Positions 1 through 10,468 of a DNA stretch of 64,000 nt are shown one piece after another. The translations under genes and the position numbers were made by a program. This DNA comes from Candidatus Multivorans sp. (GTDB lineage Bacteria; Acidobacteriota; Thermoanaerobaculia; Multivoradales; Multivoraceae). The number at the start of each line of letters is the position of its first letter. Within the stretch, counting starts at the first letter, position 1. The stretch covers positions 2,432,001-2,496,000 of the forward strand of contig OZ251997.1 in the NCBI GenBank assembly GCA_965247095.1, read 5' to 3'. The notes under the pieces are model-generated. The model saw only the letters and a program-made list of their open reading frames with translations. It had not been told where the DNA came from and did not search any database.

Positions 1-820
1 CCAGGTCGTCCGCCGCCCGGCTCGGATCGAAGGCGCCGAGTTTCGGCTCCACGATCCGGGTCGTCACCAGGGTGCCGATCGCCGTGATCATGAAGGTGCT
101 CACGAACATGAACAGGTAGTTCGCGGTCGCCTGGACCTCGTTCGCGCCCCCCGGCGCGTACGAAGGATCGATCAGACGCGCGGCTTCCGTCGTGATCCCG
201 GCCAGCAGCGGGTCCACGGTGCCGATCAGAATGTTCGCTGAGTACCCCCCCGAAACACCGGCAAACGCGGCCGCCAGTCCGACCAGCGGATTGCGGCCGA
301 CGGCACGGAACACCACCGCCGCCAGCGGTATCAGCACCACGTAGCCCATCTCGGAGGCGGTGTTCGAGACCACCGAGGCGAACACGACGACCGCGGTCAG
401 CAGGTTGCGGGGCGCCCCGAGAACCAGCGCCCGAAGCACGGCGCCCAGCAACCCGGACCGCTCCGCGACGCCGACACCCAGGAGAGCGACCAGAACCGTC
501 CCCAGGGGCGCGAAGCCGGTGAAGTTCGTCACCAGGTTCATCGCGATGCGCCGCATCCCCTCCGGGTTCAGCAGGCTGATGGCGCGGATGAGGCCGTCCT
601 CGGCGCGGCCGGACGCGCCGGCGGGCCGCGGGTCGACGACCTGCACGTCGAACAGCGACGCCATCCCCGACACCAGGAGCACGATCACGGACAGCGCCGC
701 GAACAGGGTCACCGGATGCGGCAGCAGGTTGCCGAGGAACTCGACAACGTTCAGGAAACGGTTGAACGGACCCTGCCGCTTCCCCCGGCGCCGCTTCTGC
801 CGTTCGCTGGCCTCAGCCAC
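1..820 (-). CDS. abgT: AbgT-family transporter (5' part; runs off window start)
   Basis: Manual minus-strand translation from GTG 820: FLNVVEFLGNLLPHPVTLF...NFTGFAPLGTVLVALLGVGVAERSG...SNTASEMGYVVLIPL...AAAFAGVSGGYSAN, all AbgT hallmark motifs; absent from ORF track. Confidence 0.9.
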   Translation of the reverse strand, partial: MAEASERQKRRRGKRQGPFNRFLNVVEFLGNLLPHPVTLFAALSVIVLLVSGMASLFDVQVVDPRPAGASGRAEDGLIRAISLLNPEGMRRIAMNLVTNFTGFAPLGTVLVALLGVGVAERSGLLGAVLRALVLGAPRNLLTAVVVFASVVSNTASEMGYVVLIPLAAVVFRAVGRNPLVGLAAAFAGVSGGYSANILIGTVDPLLAGITTEAARLIDPSYAPGGANEVQATANYLFMFVSTFMITAIGTLVTTRIVEPKLGAFDPSRAADDL

Positions 821-860
821 CGCGGAACAGTAACCCACGGCAAAGGCCGCTGCGGGATCC

Positions 861-2525
861 CTAGCCCCGGCGGATCACCGACGTGTGGTACGGCTCGAGC
901 TCGTCGATCGCCGACTCGGGCTCGCCCGTCTTCCAGGCGAAGAGTCGCACCGTGATCTCGGACGGCGACACGTCGAAGAGCGCGAAGCCGTTCTTCTCGA
1001 ACGTCTCGCCGCGAACATCGTGAACGAGCCCGGTGGCAGCCAGGGGCGGCGTGCCGCGCGCCGCCGAGGGCCAGCCGCCCTGGGTGCCTACCGGACCGGT
1101 GAGCACGGCGTGGACCGGATTCCCGGACAGGTCGAGGTCGCCGCTCCGCACGAGTGCCGAATGGCCGATCGCGTGCAGGTCGCCCGAGAGCACGACGCCC
1201 GGCCGCTTCGACTGCGACGTCAACGACTCGAGCAGCCGCTGATGCTGGCGCCACCAGCCGCCCTGCCAGAAGTACTTCTCGCGCTCCGTGGTCAGCCGGA
1301 AGTTGCTGCCGGCGAAGTCGCCGATCCGTGACACGGTGGCGCCGCCGTCGTCGAGGTCGGCCACGTCCGGGTACCACTCGCGCCACTTTCCCGCCGACCA
1401 GCCGAACGGGTGCGACGGGACGTGCAACAACTGCGCCACGCCCTGGTCGCGGGTGCGCTGGTGCAGCCAGTGCTCGGCCTCCGGCGGCACAAGGCCAGCG
1501 TGGACGCCCTTGAGCGAGAGGTAGCGCGCGCAGTCATAGATCAGGACTTCGGCGAGTTGCCCGTAGCGGAACGTGCCGAAGGCCTCCGAGATGCCGGGCG
1601 CCCGGTCGCCGGCGCCGGCGCCGGACATGACCGTGGGCCGCTCACTGTCGGGCAGGAACTCCGGCAGGTAGGCGTTGCGGGTGAAGCGCGCGAACTCCAA
1701 CTGGTAGCGGTCCGGCGGCAGGGTGATCATCTGCGGGTCGGCGTCGTCGTTCTCGTAGTAGTCGTGGTCGTCACTGACGAAGTAGGACGGCACAGACCGC
1801 AGCATGACGCCGTAGAGATCCGCGATCTGCGGCCCGGCGGCCGCCTTCAGCGACATCTCGTTCGGGGTGCCGAGGGCCGGCTGGCTCAGGTCCAGCCAAC
1901 CGATCCGCTCGTAGAACTCACGGGCCTGACGGCCCCGCTCCTCGCCGCGGTTGTCGAGCAGCGTACGCTGATCCCAGTAGATGTGGTCGCCGATCGCGAT
2001 CAACGCCCGCGGCCGGAACGAGAGCGCCCGGCGCAGCAGCCGGCGGCGGACCGCCAGGGGCAGAAAGTGGGGCCGGTCGCCGCCCGCTTCCGGGTGGCCG
2101 CCGGCGCAGGTGTAGGCCAGAAACCGGACCGACTCGGGGTTCGCCGAGGGCAGCGGAAAGGTGCGCAGGGGCCACGGGTCGCACAGCGCCTCGCCGCCGC
2201 CTAGAAGCTGCAGGCTGTACTCGACATCCGGCTCCAGACCCGTGGTGTCGAAGGAGAAGAAGCGGCGCTCGGAGTCCGTACTGCGGCCCGCAACCAGGCG
2301 GCGGCCGATCCGCAGCACCGGAACGTAGTCGAGCGGCGCCGCGAACGAGCACTTGAGCGCCACGCGATCGTGGCTCGCGGCCGGGATCAGGTGCTGGAGC
2401 GATCCGGCGCGCCAGCCGTCCTGAGCGTCAGCGGGCGAGCGGCCGAGCCCGGTGCCTGCGGCCGCCGCGGCGGCCGTGGCGATGAAGCGTCTGCGGGTCC
2501 AAGCGTTTCCAACAGTAGACGTCAT
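861..2525 (-). CDS. Tat-exported PhoD-like metallophosphoesterase
   Basis: TRRRFI Tat motif; GDHIYWD, DDHDYYEND, LSGDLH metallophosphatase motifs. Confidence 0.75.
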   Translation of the reverse strand: MTSTVGNAWTRRRFIATAAAAAAGTGLGRSPADAQDGWRAGSLQHLIPAASHDRVALKCSFAAPLDYVPVLRIGRRLVAGRSTDSERRFFSFDTTGLEPDVEYSLQLLGGGEALCDPWPLRTFPLPSANPESVRFLAYTCAGGHPEAGGDRPHFLPLAVRRRLLRRALSFRPRALIAIGDHIYWDQRTLLDNRGEERGRQAREFYERIGWLDLSQPALGTPNEMSLKAAAGPQIADLYGVMLRSVPSYFVSDDHDYYENDDADPQMITLPPDRYQLEFARFTRNAYLPEFLPDSERPTVMSGAGAGDRAPGISEAFGTFRYGQLAEVLIYDCARYLSLKGVHAGLVPPEAEHWLHQRTRDQGVAQLLHVPSHPFGWSAGKWREWYPDVADLDDGGATVSRIGDFAGSNFRLTTEREKYFWQGGWWRQHQRLLESLTSQSKRPGVVLSGDLHAIGHSALVRSGDLDLSGNPVHAVLTGPVGTQGGWPSAARGTPPLAATGLVHDVRGETFEKNGFALFDVSPSEITVRLFAWKTGEPESAIDELEPYHTSVIRRG

Positions 2526-3133
2526 GGTCGAGTCCCCTCCAGGAAGGTGCGAAGCCGCTCGCGGTCAAGGTCGGTGAGCGGCAGGAATCGCGGCTGGTTA
2601 CGGCTGCGCGCTGACGAAGTGTCGCACGGCTGACACATCAGAACGCCCGGCTCACGAATGTGCTTCAAGCCGAGAACATGCCCAAGCTCGTGAGCGATCA
2701 CGTTCCGGGTCACGTCTTCGCGTTCGTCACCTGACGGCACGGCGACGAAGTAACGCCGGTCATCCCCATACGGCCAGGCGAAGGGCATGAGATTCTGCGC
2801 CGACAGCAGCACGACGACATCCGCATCGAGGCCGACGAGCGCGGGCGGCGGCGCCGGGCCGGGATCCGACGAGTGCAGGCGGCCGGCGAGTTGCGAGAGT
2901 TGGTGCGCGTAGTTCTCGAAGGGCCGCAGGCCTTCCAGGGGAGACACCAGCAGCGGATCGGCAAACGCGGAAACGAATCCCACATCCGAGGCGGCGCGGT
3001 TCCAGAACGCCGCCGCGTCGCCCACCATGGAGATGCGATCGTCTTTCGGGTCGGCGACCAGAACGGCGATGCGACCGGGTTTGCCGGCAGCCGAGTCCGA
3101 AGCGGCGGCAACTGGCACAATGGCCGGCGCCAT
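2522..3133 (-). CDS. Metzincin (matrixin-like) Zn metallopeptidase; start uncertain
   Basis: HELGHVLGLKH (HExxHxxGxxH) followed by Met-turn GVLM. Confidence 0.7.
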   Translation of the reverse strand: MAPAIVPVAAASDSAAGKPGRIAVLVADPKDDRISMVGDAAAFWNRAASDVGFVSAFADPLLVSPLEGLRPFENYAHQLSQLAGRLHSSDPGPAPPPALVGLDADVVVLLSAQNLMPFAWPYGDDRRYFVAVPSGDEREDVTRNVIAHELGHVLGLKHIREPGVLMCQPCDTSSARSRNQPRFLPLTDLDRERLRTFLEGTRP

Positions 3134-3206
3134 GACGAGGACCGCGGCACATCCCGCCGCCGCAGCGGGGAATGAACCCAGCCGCAACCCGAAGGAGAAG
3201 ATCCTC

Positions 3207-5120
3207 ATGAGCCAGGTTCGATCGGTCATCCGTCTACTCGCCGTTTCCCTCTCCCTCGGCCTGATCGGGTCGTCTCTCACCGCCCAGATCCACCGCACAC
3301 CGGACACGGTGCGCCGGGCCGACCTCGACCGCAAGGCGGAGATCGACCGGATGGTCATGGTACCGATGCGCGACGGCGTACGCCTCGCCACCGAAATCTA
3401 CCGGCCTCGCGACGCCCAGGGGCCGGTGCCCGCGGTCTTCTGGCGCACGCCCTACAACTTCAGCCCCCTGCCGGGCCCGAACCTGGAACGTCCTAGCGCG
3501 CTGCTCAAATTCGGTCTCGACGCGATCGAGCGCGGCTATGCCTTCGTGGTCCAGAACGAGCGCGGCAAGTTCTTCTCCGAGGGCGACTGGGAGATCCTCG
3601 GCCGGCCGCGGGCCGACGGCTACGACGCGCTGACCTGGATCACCGACCAGTCGTGGTCGAACGGCAAGGTCGCGACGCTCGGCTGCTCGTCGACCGCGGA
3701 GTGGCAGATGGGGCTGGCGGCGATGCGGCATCCCGGCCACGCGGCCGCGGTACCCATGGGCCAGGGCGCGGGCATCGGCCGCATGGGGCCGTTCTACGAG
3801 CAGGGGAACTTCTACCGGGGCGGCGCCCTCCAGCTTCCGATGGCGGTCTGGCTCTACGGCGAGCAGAACACCCTCCGGCCGACCTTCCCGCCCGGCACCA
3901 GCCGGGAGGACCTGGCCCGGCTCGCGACCTACTTCGACCTGGCCGCAAAGATGCCGGCCGTCGACTGGCAGCAGGCGCTCCGGCACTTACCCGTCCAGGC
4001 CCTGATGGAGTCCGTCGGTGGGCCGAAGGGGATCTTCGGCGAGTTCGCCGCCCGCATGCCGGATGACCCGGCCTGGTACGAGGGCGGTCTCTACCACGAC
4101 GACGAGCCCTTCGGCGTGCCGGCCCTGTGGGCGAACTCCTGGTACGACCTCTCCGTGTCGCCGAACCTGGCCCTCTACGGCCACGTGCGCCGGAACGCCG
4201 ACCCGGAGGTCCGCGATCATCAGTACATGGTCGTGGCGCCCAGCCTGCACTGCAACATGTACCGCCTCACGGATCCCCTGATCGTCGGCGAGCGGAACTT
4301 CGGCGACACGGACTTTCAGCTAGACGAGATGCTGTGGGCCTTCCTCGACCGCTTCACCAAGCCCGAGGCGAACGGCTTCGAGAACCGGTACGCCAAGGTC
4401 CGCTACTTCCTGATGGGCGAGGACCGCTGGCAGAACGCCGCCGACTGGCCGCCTGCCGGAGTCGAGCCGATGACCCTGTATCTCACAAGCGACGGCGGGG
4501 CGAACAGCGCCGCCGGCAACGGCACGTTGACCGCCGACGCCGGAGCGAGCGGCGCCGGCGCCGACCGTTTCGTCTACGACCCGGGCTCGCCGGTGCCAAC
4601 CCACGGCGGCGCCTTCTGCTGCATGGGCGATTACGAACCCGGCGCCTTCGATCAGCGCGGCGTCGAGGCCCGCTCCGACGTGCTCGTCTACACCACCGAG
4701 CCGTTCGACGAGCCGCTGGCCGTGGTCGGACCGGTCGAGGTGATCCTGCACGTGTCCTCCGACGCGCCCGACACCGACTTCACCGTCAAGCTCGCCCATG
4801 TCCACCCCGATGGCCGCGCCGTCAACCTGGACGACACGATCCTGCGCATGCGGTACCGGGACGGCTTCGACCGGCACGTCGGCATGGAATCGGGCACGGT
4901 CTACGAGGTGACACTCGGCCCACTCGCGACCGCGAACGTGTTCGGCGCCGGCCACCGGCTGCGGATCGAGATCTCGAGCAGCAACTTCCCCCGCTACGAC
5001 CGCAACCTGAACACCGGCGGCGACAACTACGACGAGACCGAGTGGCGGGTGGCGAACAACGCGGTCCACCACTCGGCGGAGCATCCGTCACGGATCGTCC
5101 TGCCGGTGCTGGAACAGTGA
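3207..5120 (+). CDS. CocE/NonD (S15) family serine hydrolase, secreted
   Basis: RBS GAAGGAG, signal peptide, VPMRDGVRLAT, RTPY, WSNGKV..GCSS nucleophile region, C-terminal ISSSNFPRYDRN. Confidence 0.9.
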   Translation: MSQVRSVIRLLAVSLSLGLIGSSLTAQIHRTPDTVRRADLDRKAEIDRMVMVPMRDGVRLATEIYRPRDAQGPVPAVFWRTPYNFSPLPGPNLERPSALLKFGLDAIERGYAFVVQNERGKFFSEGDWEILGRPRADGYDALTWITDQSWSNGKVATLGCSSTAEWQMGLAAMRHPGHAAAVPMGQGAGIGRMGPFYEQGNFYRGGALQLPMAVWLYGEQNTLRPTFPPGTSREDLARLATYFDLAAKMPAVDWQQALRHLPVQALMESVGGPKGIFGEFAARMPDDPAWYEGGLYHDDEPFGVPALWANSWYDLSVSPNLALYGHVRRNADPEVRDHQYMVVAPSLHCNMYRLTDPLIVGERNFGDTDFQLDEMLWAFLDRFTKPEANGFENRYAKVRYFLMGEDRWQNAADWPPAGVEPMTLYLTSDGGANSAAGNGTLTADAGASGAGADRFVYDPGSPVPTHGGAFCCMGDYEPGAFDQRGVEARSDVLVYTTEPFDEPLAVVGPVEVILHVSSDAPDTDFTVKLAHVHPDGRAVNLDDTILRMRYRDGFDRHVGMESGTVYEVTLGPLATANVFGAGHRLRIEISSSNFPRYDRNLNTGGDNYDETEWRVANNAVHHSAEHPSRIVLPVLEQ

Positions 5121-5151
5121 GTCGGCCGGATCCGGATGCCCGAGCCGATGA

Positions 5152-6240
5152 CTACTCCCCGCCGGTAGCGGCGGCGGTCGCGTCGGCCTCCAGCAGCCGG
5201 GCGCCGCGCATCACGTTGCCCAGCGCGTAGTTGCCCTCGTGGCACGCGTACTCGAAGACCTTGTTCGAGGTCCCCTTCCACACGTACTCGCCGCTCCAGG
5301 CCGTCTCCCACACGATCGGGTCCTCGACGGTGAAACCGTAGAGCAGGTCGCCGTTCGGCAGGCGCTGGAAGCGCTCTACGACATGCAGGTCCTTCGTCGC
5401 CGCGCCCAGGGCGGGGTCGTCGCCGAAGTTCGCCGTGTCGACGACCAGGGTGTCGCCTTCCCACCAGCCGATCGAATCGCCCAGCCATCGGCGCTCATCG
5501 GCCGGCGCGTGCTCGCCGCCGATGCGTACGACGCGGGCGTCGTGGACCATTTCGATCAGGATCATCACGTGGTTCTCGGTCTGCACGATCCGCTTGTGGT
5601 TGTTGTAGAGCGCCGGCAGCATCGGCGGCCCGCCCGTGGAGCTGAAGCCCACCAGGCAGCGCTCGGCCAGGGGCCGCTGTTCCATGTTGTCGTAGGGGCC
5701 CGCACCGTCCGCATGCTCCTCGAGCCACCAGGCGGTGCCGGTGTTCTTGTGACCAAACGCCGCAAACTGCGCGGCGCGCCGCTTCATGCCCGCATCCGTC
5801 ATCTCCGGATACTGGCCGTTCGGCGGATCGGTCACAATCGAGGTACGCCACTTGCCGTCGATCCGGATCACGTTGTCGCCCGGGTCCATGTAGAAGGCGT
5901 TGTAGCCGCCGCTGCCGCCGGAGGCGCCCTCGAGACCCGGATCGAAGATCGGCGCACCTCCCACCGGCGGCGCTTCACGGTTGGGATCGCTGGCCTTGAA
6001 GTCCGCCTCGTAGATCTCCGCCTTGCGGCGGGCAATCGCGGCCGCTTCGTCGTCGGTCAGCGTCAGGCGATCACCGAATTCACGCGGCCTCGTGAGGGGA
6101 GTCAGCGTGGCCACGTTGTACGCGCCGGCAAGATCCGGCTTGCCGTCGGCCCGCCGCGGAACCTCGTCCTGCGCCGCGACAACGGCCGGAGCCATCAAGA
6201 GGGCCGCCAGGCCCAGGAGAATGAACCGTTCGAACTTCAC
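5152..6240 (-). CDS. Secreted hypothetical protein, 'PDLxGxW...EYACHEGNY' family
   Basis: GTG start after GGAGG; signal peptide; GKPDL, GDSIGWWEGDTLVVDT, FEYACHEGNY; paralogs at 10469 and 12222. Confidence 0.8.
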   Translation of the reverse strand: MKFERFILLGLAALLMAPAVVAAQDEVPRRADGKPDLAGAYNVATLTPLTRPREFGDRLTLTDDEAAAIARRKAEIYEADFKASDPNREAPPVGGAPIFDPGLEGASGGSGGYNAFYMDPGDNVIRIDGKWRTSIVTDPPNGQYPEMTDAGMKRRAAQFAAFGHKNTGTAWWLEEHADGAGPYDNMEQRPLAERCLVGFSSTGGPPMLPALYNNHKRIVQTENHVMILIEMVHDARVVRIGGEHAPADERRWLGDSIGWWEGDTLVVDTANFGDDPALGAATKDLHVVERFQRLPNGDLLYGFTVEDPIVWETAWSGEYVWKGTSNKVFEYACHEGNYALGNVMRGARLLEADATAAATGGE

Positions 6241-6311
6241 TCCGCCACCTCCTCGATCATCGATCTCTGGGTACAGGGCCAACGCTACCACTGCGTCCCA
6301 GAGCAACGGTC

Positions 6312-6767
6312 TCATTCGAGGTCGGAGTTCAAGTCTCGAACCACGTCCTGGCCGGCGAGACCGACGTGCGGCGCCGCCGCCAGGAGGCGCCGATCACTAC
6401 TGAAGATCTCCTGGAATCCATGCTCCCGCGCGGAGATCAGATGCACTGCATCTCCGGTTCGCAGGAACACGTCCGAAGGAAGGCGCCTGAACAGATCGAC
6501 CACAGCCGTCATGACCGCCAGGGAGAGAGGAATCCAATGCCAGAGTCCTGTCGCCTCGTCGAGGCCCAATTGTCTCTGGACGGCCTCGAGCTGCTCGAGG
6601 GTGAGCTCGCCCTCGCGGAGTTTTCGATGGAGCGCGGCGTGGAGTTCAAGACGTCCATACACCGAACAGGAAATGCGTCCCCGCTCCGCAGCCAACGCCC
6701 GCACTCTCTGCCACCCCTCCTCCTTCACGTAGCACTTGAGCAAGTACGCCGTGTCGAAGTAGGCCAC
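6312..6767 (-). CDS. vapC: VapC PIN-domain toxin
   Basis: YFDTAYLLK, LRTGDAVHL, SSDRRL PIN acidic residues; downstream of antitoxin. Confidence 0.85.
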   Translation of the reverse strand: MAYFDTAYLLKCYVKEEGWQRVRALAAERGRISCSVYGRLELHAALHRKLREGELTLEQLEAVQRQLGLDEATGLWHWIPLSLAVMTAVVDLFRRLPSDVFLRTGDAVHLISAREHGFQEIFSSDRRLLAAAPHVGLAGQDVVRDLNSDLE

Positions 6768-6770
6768 CAG

Positions 6771-7010
6771 CTAGCGGTCCCGGTCGTCGGACACCGCGAC
6801 CGTGGAGTCACCTTCGATCTCGGGGAGTGCTTCGAACTCGGGAAGCAATTGACGCTCGCTAAACAGCGTCTCGACCGCTCCGTCGCGGAAGGGAATGAGC
6901 GAGGCGACTGGCCGGCCGCGCTCGGTCACCACGATGCCCCTGCCCTGCGCTGCCCGCCGCACCCATTCGCCTGTCTTCAGGTGCAACTCACGTATGCCGA
7001 TGTGCTCCAT
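6771..7010 (-). CDS. Phd/YefM antitoxin
   Basis: IGIRELHLKT...IVVTERGRPVASL. Confidence 0.85.
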   Translation of the reverse strand: MEHIGIRELHLKTGEWVRRAAQGRGIVVTERGRPVASLIPFRDGAVETLFSERQLLPEFEALPEIEGDSTVAVSDDRDR

Positions 7011-7128
7011 GTGCACAAATGTGACACATGCCGGCGCCAACCGTCAACCTGCCACTCAGCGGCGCCGGTTTCGTCGCATCAAAACTCGGCCGCGGGGAAC
7101 CATGTGCGGCCACGGGCTGGGGCCGCGC

Positions 7129-7330
7129 TCAGGCGAGTTTGAAGTTCACCGTCACGTGGTAGTGGACGGGAACGGGCTCACCATCGACCATCGTAGGCTC
7201 GTATTTCCACTGCCTCACCGCCAGGTCGCCCGCCCACACCTCGGGACCAGCGGCCTCAGCAGGAAGCTGAGAGCGCACAAGAAAACCGAGGCCGAAGGCC
7301 GCAGTCAGGGCCGCCGCCGCACCCGCGATG
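7129..7330 (-). pseudogene. TonB (energy transducer) remnant: TM segment joined to extreme C-terminus
   Basis: Manual translation IAGAAAALTAAFGLGFLV...AVRQWKYEPTMVDGEPVPVHYHVTVNFKLA*; TonB_C signature; no start codon. Confidence 0.7.
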
Positions 7331-7332
7331 CT

Positions 7333-7794
7333 CTAGGGCTGCCCGGAGGACTCGCGATTGTCGTACGGCGCGCCGGTGCCGGACGAGCCCGCGAACAGCC
7401 GCCGCCCGTCGGGCAGCGTGACATCGCGGCCGTTCGCCCGCGGCGCGCCGTCAATCGCCTGGTAGCCCTCGACGAGCACCTCAGTCCCCGGCGCCACCGA
7501 GTGCTTCTTCCAGCCCCGCCGCACCAGGGCGCCCGGCGGGCCGCACTCGACCATCCATGCCGTCACCGTACCGTCCTCGTCGGTGACGTCGATGTGAATC
7601 CAGGCGTGCGGATTCACCCACTCGACCTTCGTTACCTGGCCGCGCAGGCGCACCGGCTTCGTGGCGTCGAACTCGGCCGAGAAGGCGTGGTGCGCTGACG
7701 CCGGCTGCGGCGGAACGAGCAGGACCAGGGCCAAGGCCGCAGCAAGGCCAAGGACCGGGAGGGCTGCTTGGGAGAGGAGTCGCGTCGTCTTCAT
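7333..7794 (-). CDS. DUF6152-family secreted protein
   Basis: Signal peptide then AHHAFSAEFD...GQVTKVEWVNPHAWIHIDV...W.VE. Confidence 0.85.
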   Translation of the reverse strand: MKTTRLLSQAALPVLGLAAALALVLLVPPQPASAHHAFSAEFDATKPVRLRGQVTKVEWVNPHAWIHIDVTDEDGTVTAWMVECGPPGALVRRGWKKHSVAPGTEVLVEGYQAIDGAPRANGRDVTLPDGRRLFAGSSGTGAPYDNRESSGQP

Positions 7795-7901
7795 GGGCGT
7801 CGTCCTGCGTGGAACTGTGGCTTTGACTGAAGGACAACCCTACCACCTGCACGGCCCGAGTCCGGCCGTGCAGCAACCGCGAGGACTCTCTCTTCCCGCG
7901 G

Positions 7902-8882
7902 CTACGGCGACGCGTCCTCACCCGTCGGCGATGCCTCGACCCGGCGCAGGAAATCCTCCGCATCCCGACACTCGACAGCGGCTTTGACTACGACCGCGAT
8001 ATCGGTGGTCGCCGAGAGCCGCTCCAACCAGGCTTCCACAGCAGGCGTAGCCGCGACGCCTCGAGCTTGGAGCGCCTGCCGCACCAGGGAACGGGCCGTA
8101 TCGAGGCTTCCTTCCGCACGGCTCTCTGCACGCTCGGCAGCCAGGAACCGGTCGTCGTCGGGGCTGGTGCCTGTCGCCCTGCCCATCCTCCGGCCCACGC
8201 GGCGCAGCGCCGCCACGGTCTCCTCCGACTTCGTCTCCTCGTTCAGCGCCCGGTGGATCTCCGCCGCTCGCCAACCCGAAAAAGCCCGGCTGGCGGCCGA
8301 CTCGACGTAGCCGCCGCCCTCCAGCAGGTAGATCGTCAGTCGCGGCCGGCCCGAAGTCCGCGGCGCAAGCCACACTGGCTCCGGCACTTCCACCCACACC
8401 TCGGGAAACCCCAACGACGCGTAGACCCCCAGCTTTCGCCGCCGCACGTCGGTCGTGTGATCCACTTCCAGCACGACATCGGGTAGCGGACCGCGGTCCA
8501 CATCGATCGCCTTGCCCGTCGGCCAGGGCTGGTCCAGAAAGAAGACCGCGTCCGCCTGCATGAGGACCTCGACGCCCCCCTTCTCCCCGCGCTGCACCAG
8601 GTCCGCCGAACCGAGCGCCAGAATCTTCGCGCCGCGCGCTTGGGAGATCATCTCCACCAGACCCGCTACTCCAGCCGACGGAATCTCGTGATAGACCGTC
8701 GCCGGCTCGGCGAGGATCATCGCCGTCTCGGTGCGGGCCTCCCAGTACTCGATGCGGCCATCGTAGTCGTCCAACTCCCCGACCGGCAGGTGGACGGCGC
8801 GGCACCCCGGGAAGTCCCTCGGATCGAGAGGTCGCTGCGGCTCACGCGGCCGCCGTGCGATCTTGGGGAGGGGGTCGGCCAT
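7902..8882 (-). CDS. Uma2/DUF820-like PD-(D/E)xK protein with helical C-terminal tail
   Basis: [36 protein letters not shown]. Confidence 0.75.
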   Translation of the reverse strand: MADPLPKIARRPREPQRPLDPRDFPGCRAVHLPVGELDDYDGRIEYWEARTETAMILAEPATVYHEIPSAGVAGLVEMISQARGAKILALGSADLVQRGEKGGVEVLMQADAVFFLDQPWPTGKAIDVDRGPLPDVVLEVDHTTDVRRRKLGVYASLGFPEVWVEVPEPVWLAPRTSGRPRLTIYLLEGGGYVESAASRAFSGWRAAEIHRALNEETKSEETVAALRRVGRRMGRATGTSPDDDRFLAAERAESRAEGSLDTARSLVRQALQARGVAATPAVEAWLERLSATTDIAVVVKAAVECRDAEDFLRRVEASPTGEDASP

Positions 8883-9177
8883 GGTGGGAGAAGTGTAACG
8901 TCGGCCGCAGTCTTGGTTCCCCGATGGAACAACCGGCTGCATGGCTGGACGAGACTTCAAGCGCCTCTGGCCGGTTGTCTGTTCCTGACAACCTTCGCCT
9001 GCGAAGACGAAGCAGCGGCCATTTGCATCCGGCCGGCATCGTTGATCCGCGGTCGAAAGACGGCCCGATATGCTCCCTCGTCACGCCTTGCCGAGCGGCC
9101 TGCCTGACCGCTCTCGGGGGCGACACGCCCGCCCACCGCCCTCTCCGCCAAGGAGCCGCTAGAGAATGCGTAAAGAA

Positions 9178-9750
9178 ATGTCGCTTTGGTCCGAGTTCCT
9201 TGAGGCTTGGCCACCGGACCGGGTCCGCGGCATGTCTCTGGACCAGTACACCAATCTCAACCGGGACAACGCCTTCATCTACTGGCTCGAGGAACGAACC
9301 AAGGCCCTCGGAAGTATCTCGGGTGGCTCGGCCTTCAAGTTCGGCATCTACCGTCGCGACCAAAAGGACCCGAAGAAACGCGGCAGAGGAGGTCGCCTAC
9401 GAACTACGTCACGGGATCTTCCGCAGGATCTGCGACGCGGCAGAGAAGAACCCAACCTGCGAACCGTACGTCCTCATCATCGATGAGATCAACCGCGGCA
9501 ACATTCCGAAGATCTTCGGAGAACTGATCACGCTGATCGAACCATCAAAGCGATTCGGCAAGAACGACGAAGTGAGGGTCACTCTTCCCTACTCCGGCCA
9601 CGAGTTCGGCGTGCCGGACAACCTCTACATCATTGGCACGATGAATACGGCCGACCGCTCGATTCAGCAACTCGACACGGCGCTTAGACGGCGATTCACG
9701 TTCGTCGAGATGATGCCCGATCCCGATCACAGTCTCATTCCCGACGACGT
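9178..9750 (+). pseudogene. mcrB: mcrB remnant (N-terminal piece plus AAA+ core piece lacking Walker A)
   Basis: [27 protein letters not shown], frame jump at ~9385 to [41 protein letters not shown]. Confidence 0.85.
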
Positions 9751-10319
9751 TGGTACACCTGTTTCTGTTCGGTCAAGGCCTCGCTACCTACCACGGGGAG
9801 CACGAGAACCAGTCGCTTCTCTTTCCGATGGAGGAGATCTACGAGGACTTCGTGACCCAGAGCTTCCGGCGCCACCAGAACGCCTACGGCGTGAGGGCGC
9901 AGGGACCGTGGACGGCGCTGACGCGTAGCCCCGAAGCGTTCACGATGAAGCCGGACATCACTCTTCAGAAGGGCGGCCATAACCGGTTCGTCCTCGACAC
10001 GAAACGGAAACGGCTCAAGTCGGCAACCGAAGATCGGACGAAGCGCGGCATTGTGCAAGCCGACATGTACCAGCTATACGCCTACGGCAAGCGCTCTGGC
10101 TGCAAGACGGTGGCCCTGGTCTATCCTCGGACGGACGACTTCAGTGAGCCGGTGCGGTTTGTCTTCCACGACGGTCTAACGCTGCTCGGTCTGCCGTTCG
10201 ATGTCTCGCGGCAGGAAGATAGCGTCCGTCGCTGCCTCCAGGCCCTGCACTATCCAGAGGGCCCAGCAGAGGCTTGGGAGGAACGCGAGTCAAGCGCTGT
10301 GGAAGCCGAAGCGTCCTGA
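9750..10319 (+). pseudogene. mcrC: mcrC C-terminal remnant
   Basis: [36 protein letters not shown]; N-terminal half absent. Confidence 0.8.
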
Positions 10320-10393
10320 CAGGACATCGCGCGGTCGAACTTGCCATCTTCGCCGCTTCGCGGCTCGCCGGATGCGGGCGGGACGCCCGGGTT

Positions 10394-10456
10394 CCATCCA
10401 TGCGCCTGATGACAGGCGCTCGGATGGTTCACGGGTGGCGCGGATCGCGCCACCCG
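10394..10456. terminator. Two GC-rich hairpins between convergent genes
   Basis: CCATCC-atGCGCCTG-atga-CAGGCGC-tc-GGATGG and CGGGTGGCGCG-gat-CGCGCCACCCG; no U tract. Confidence 0.45.
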
Positions 10457-10468
10457 GGTTCCCAGCGT

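Noticed and set aside
8855-9928. 357-aa full-length McrB
   Set aside because: Only ~9385-9750 is McrB-like; no Walker A; flanks are off-frame sequence
10375-10395. REP-like element GCGGGCGGGACGCCCGGGTTCC
   Set aside because: Single degenerate copy noticed and no RAYT gene in the window
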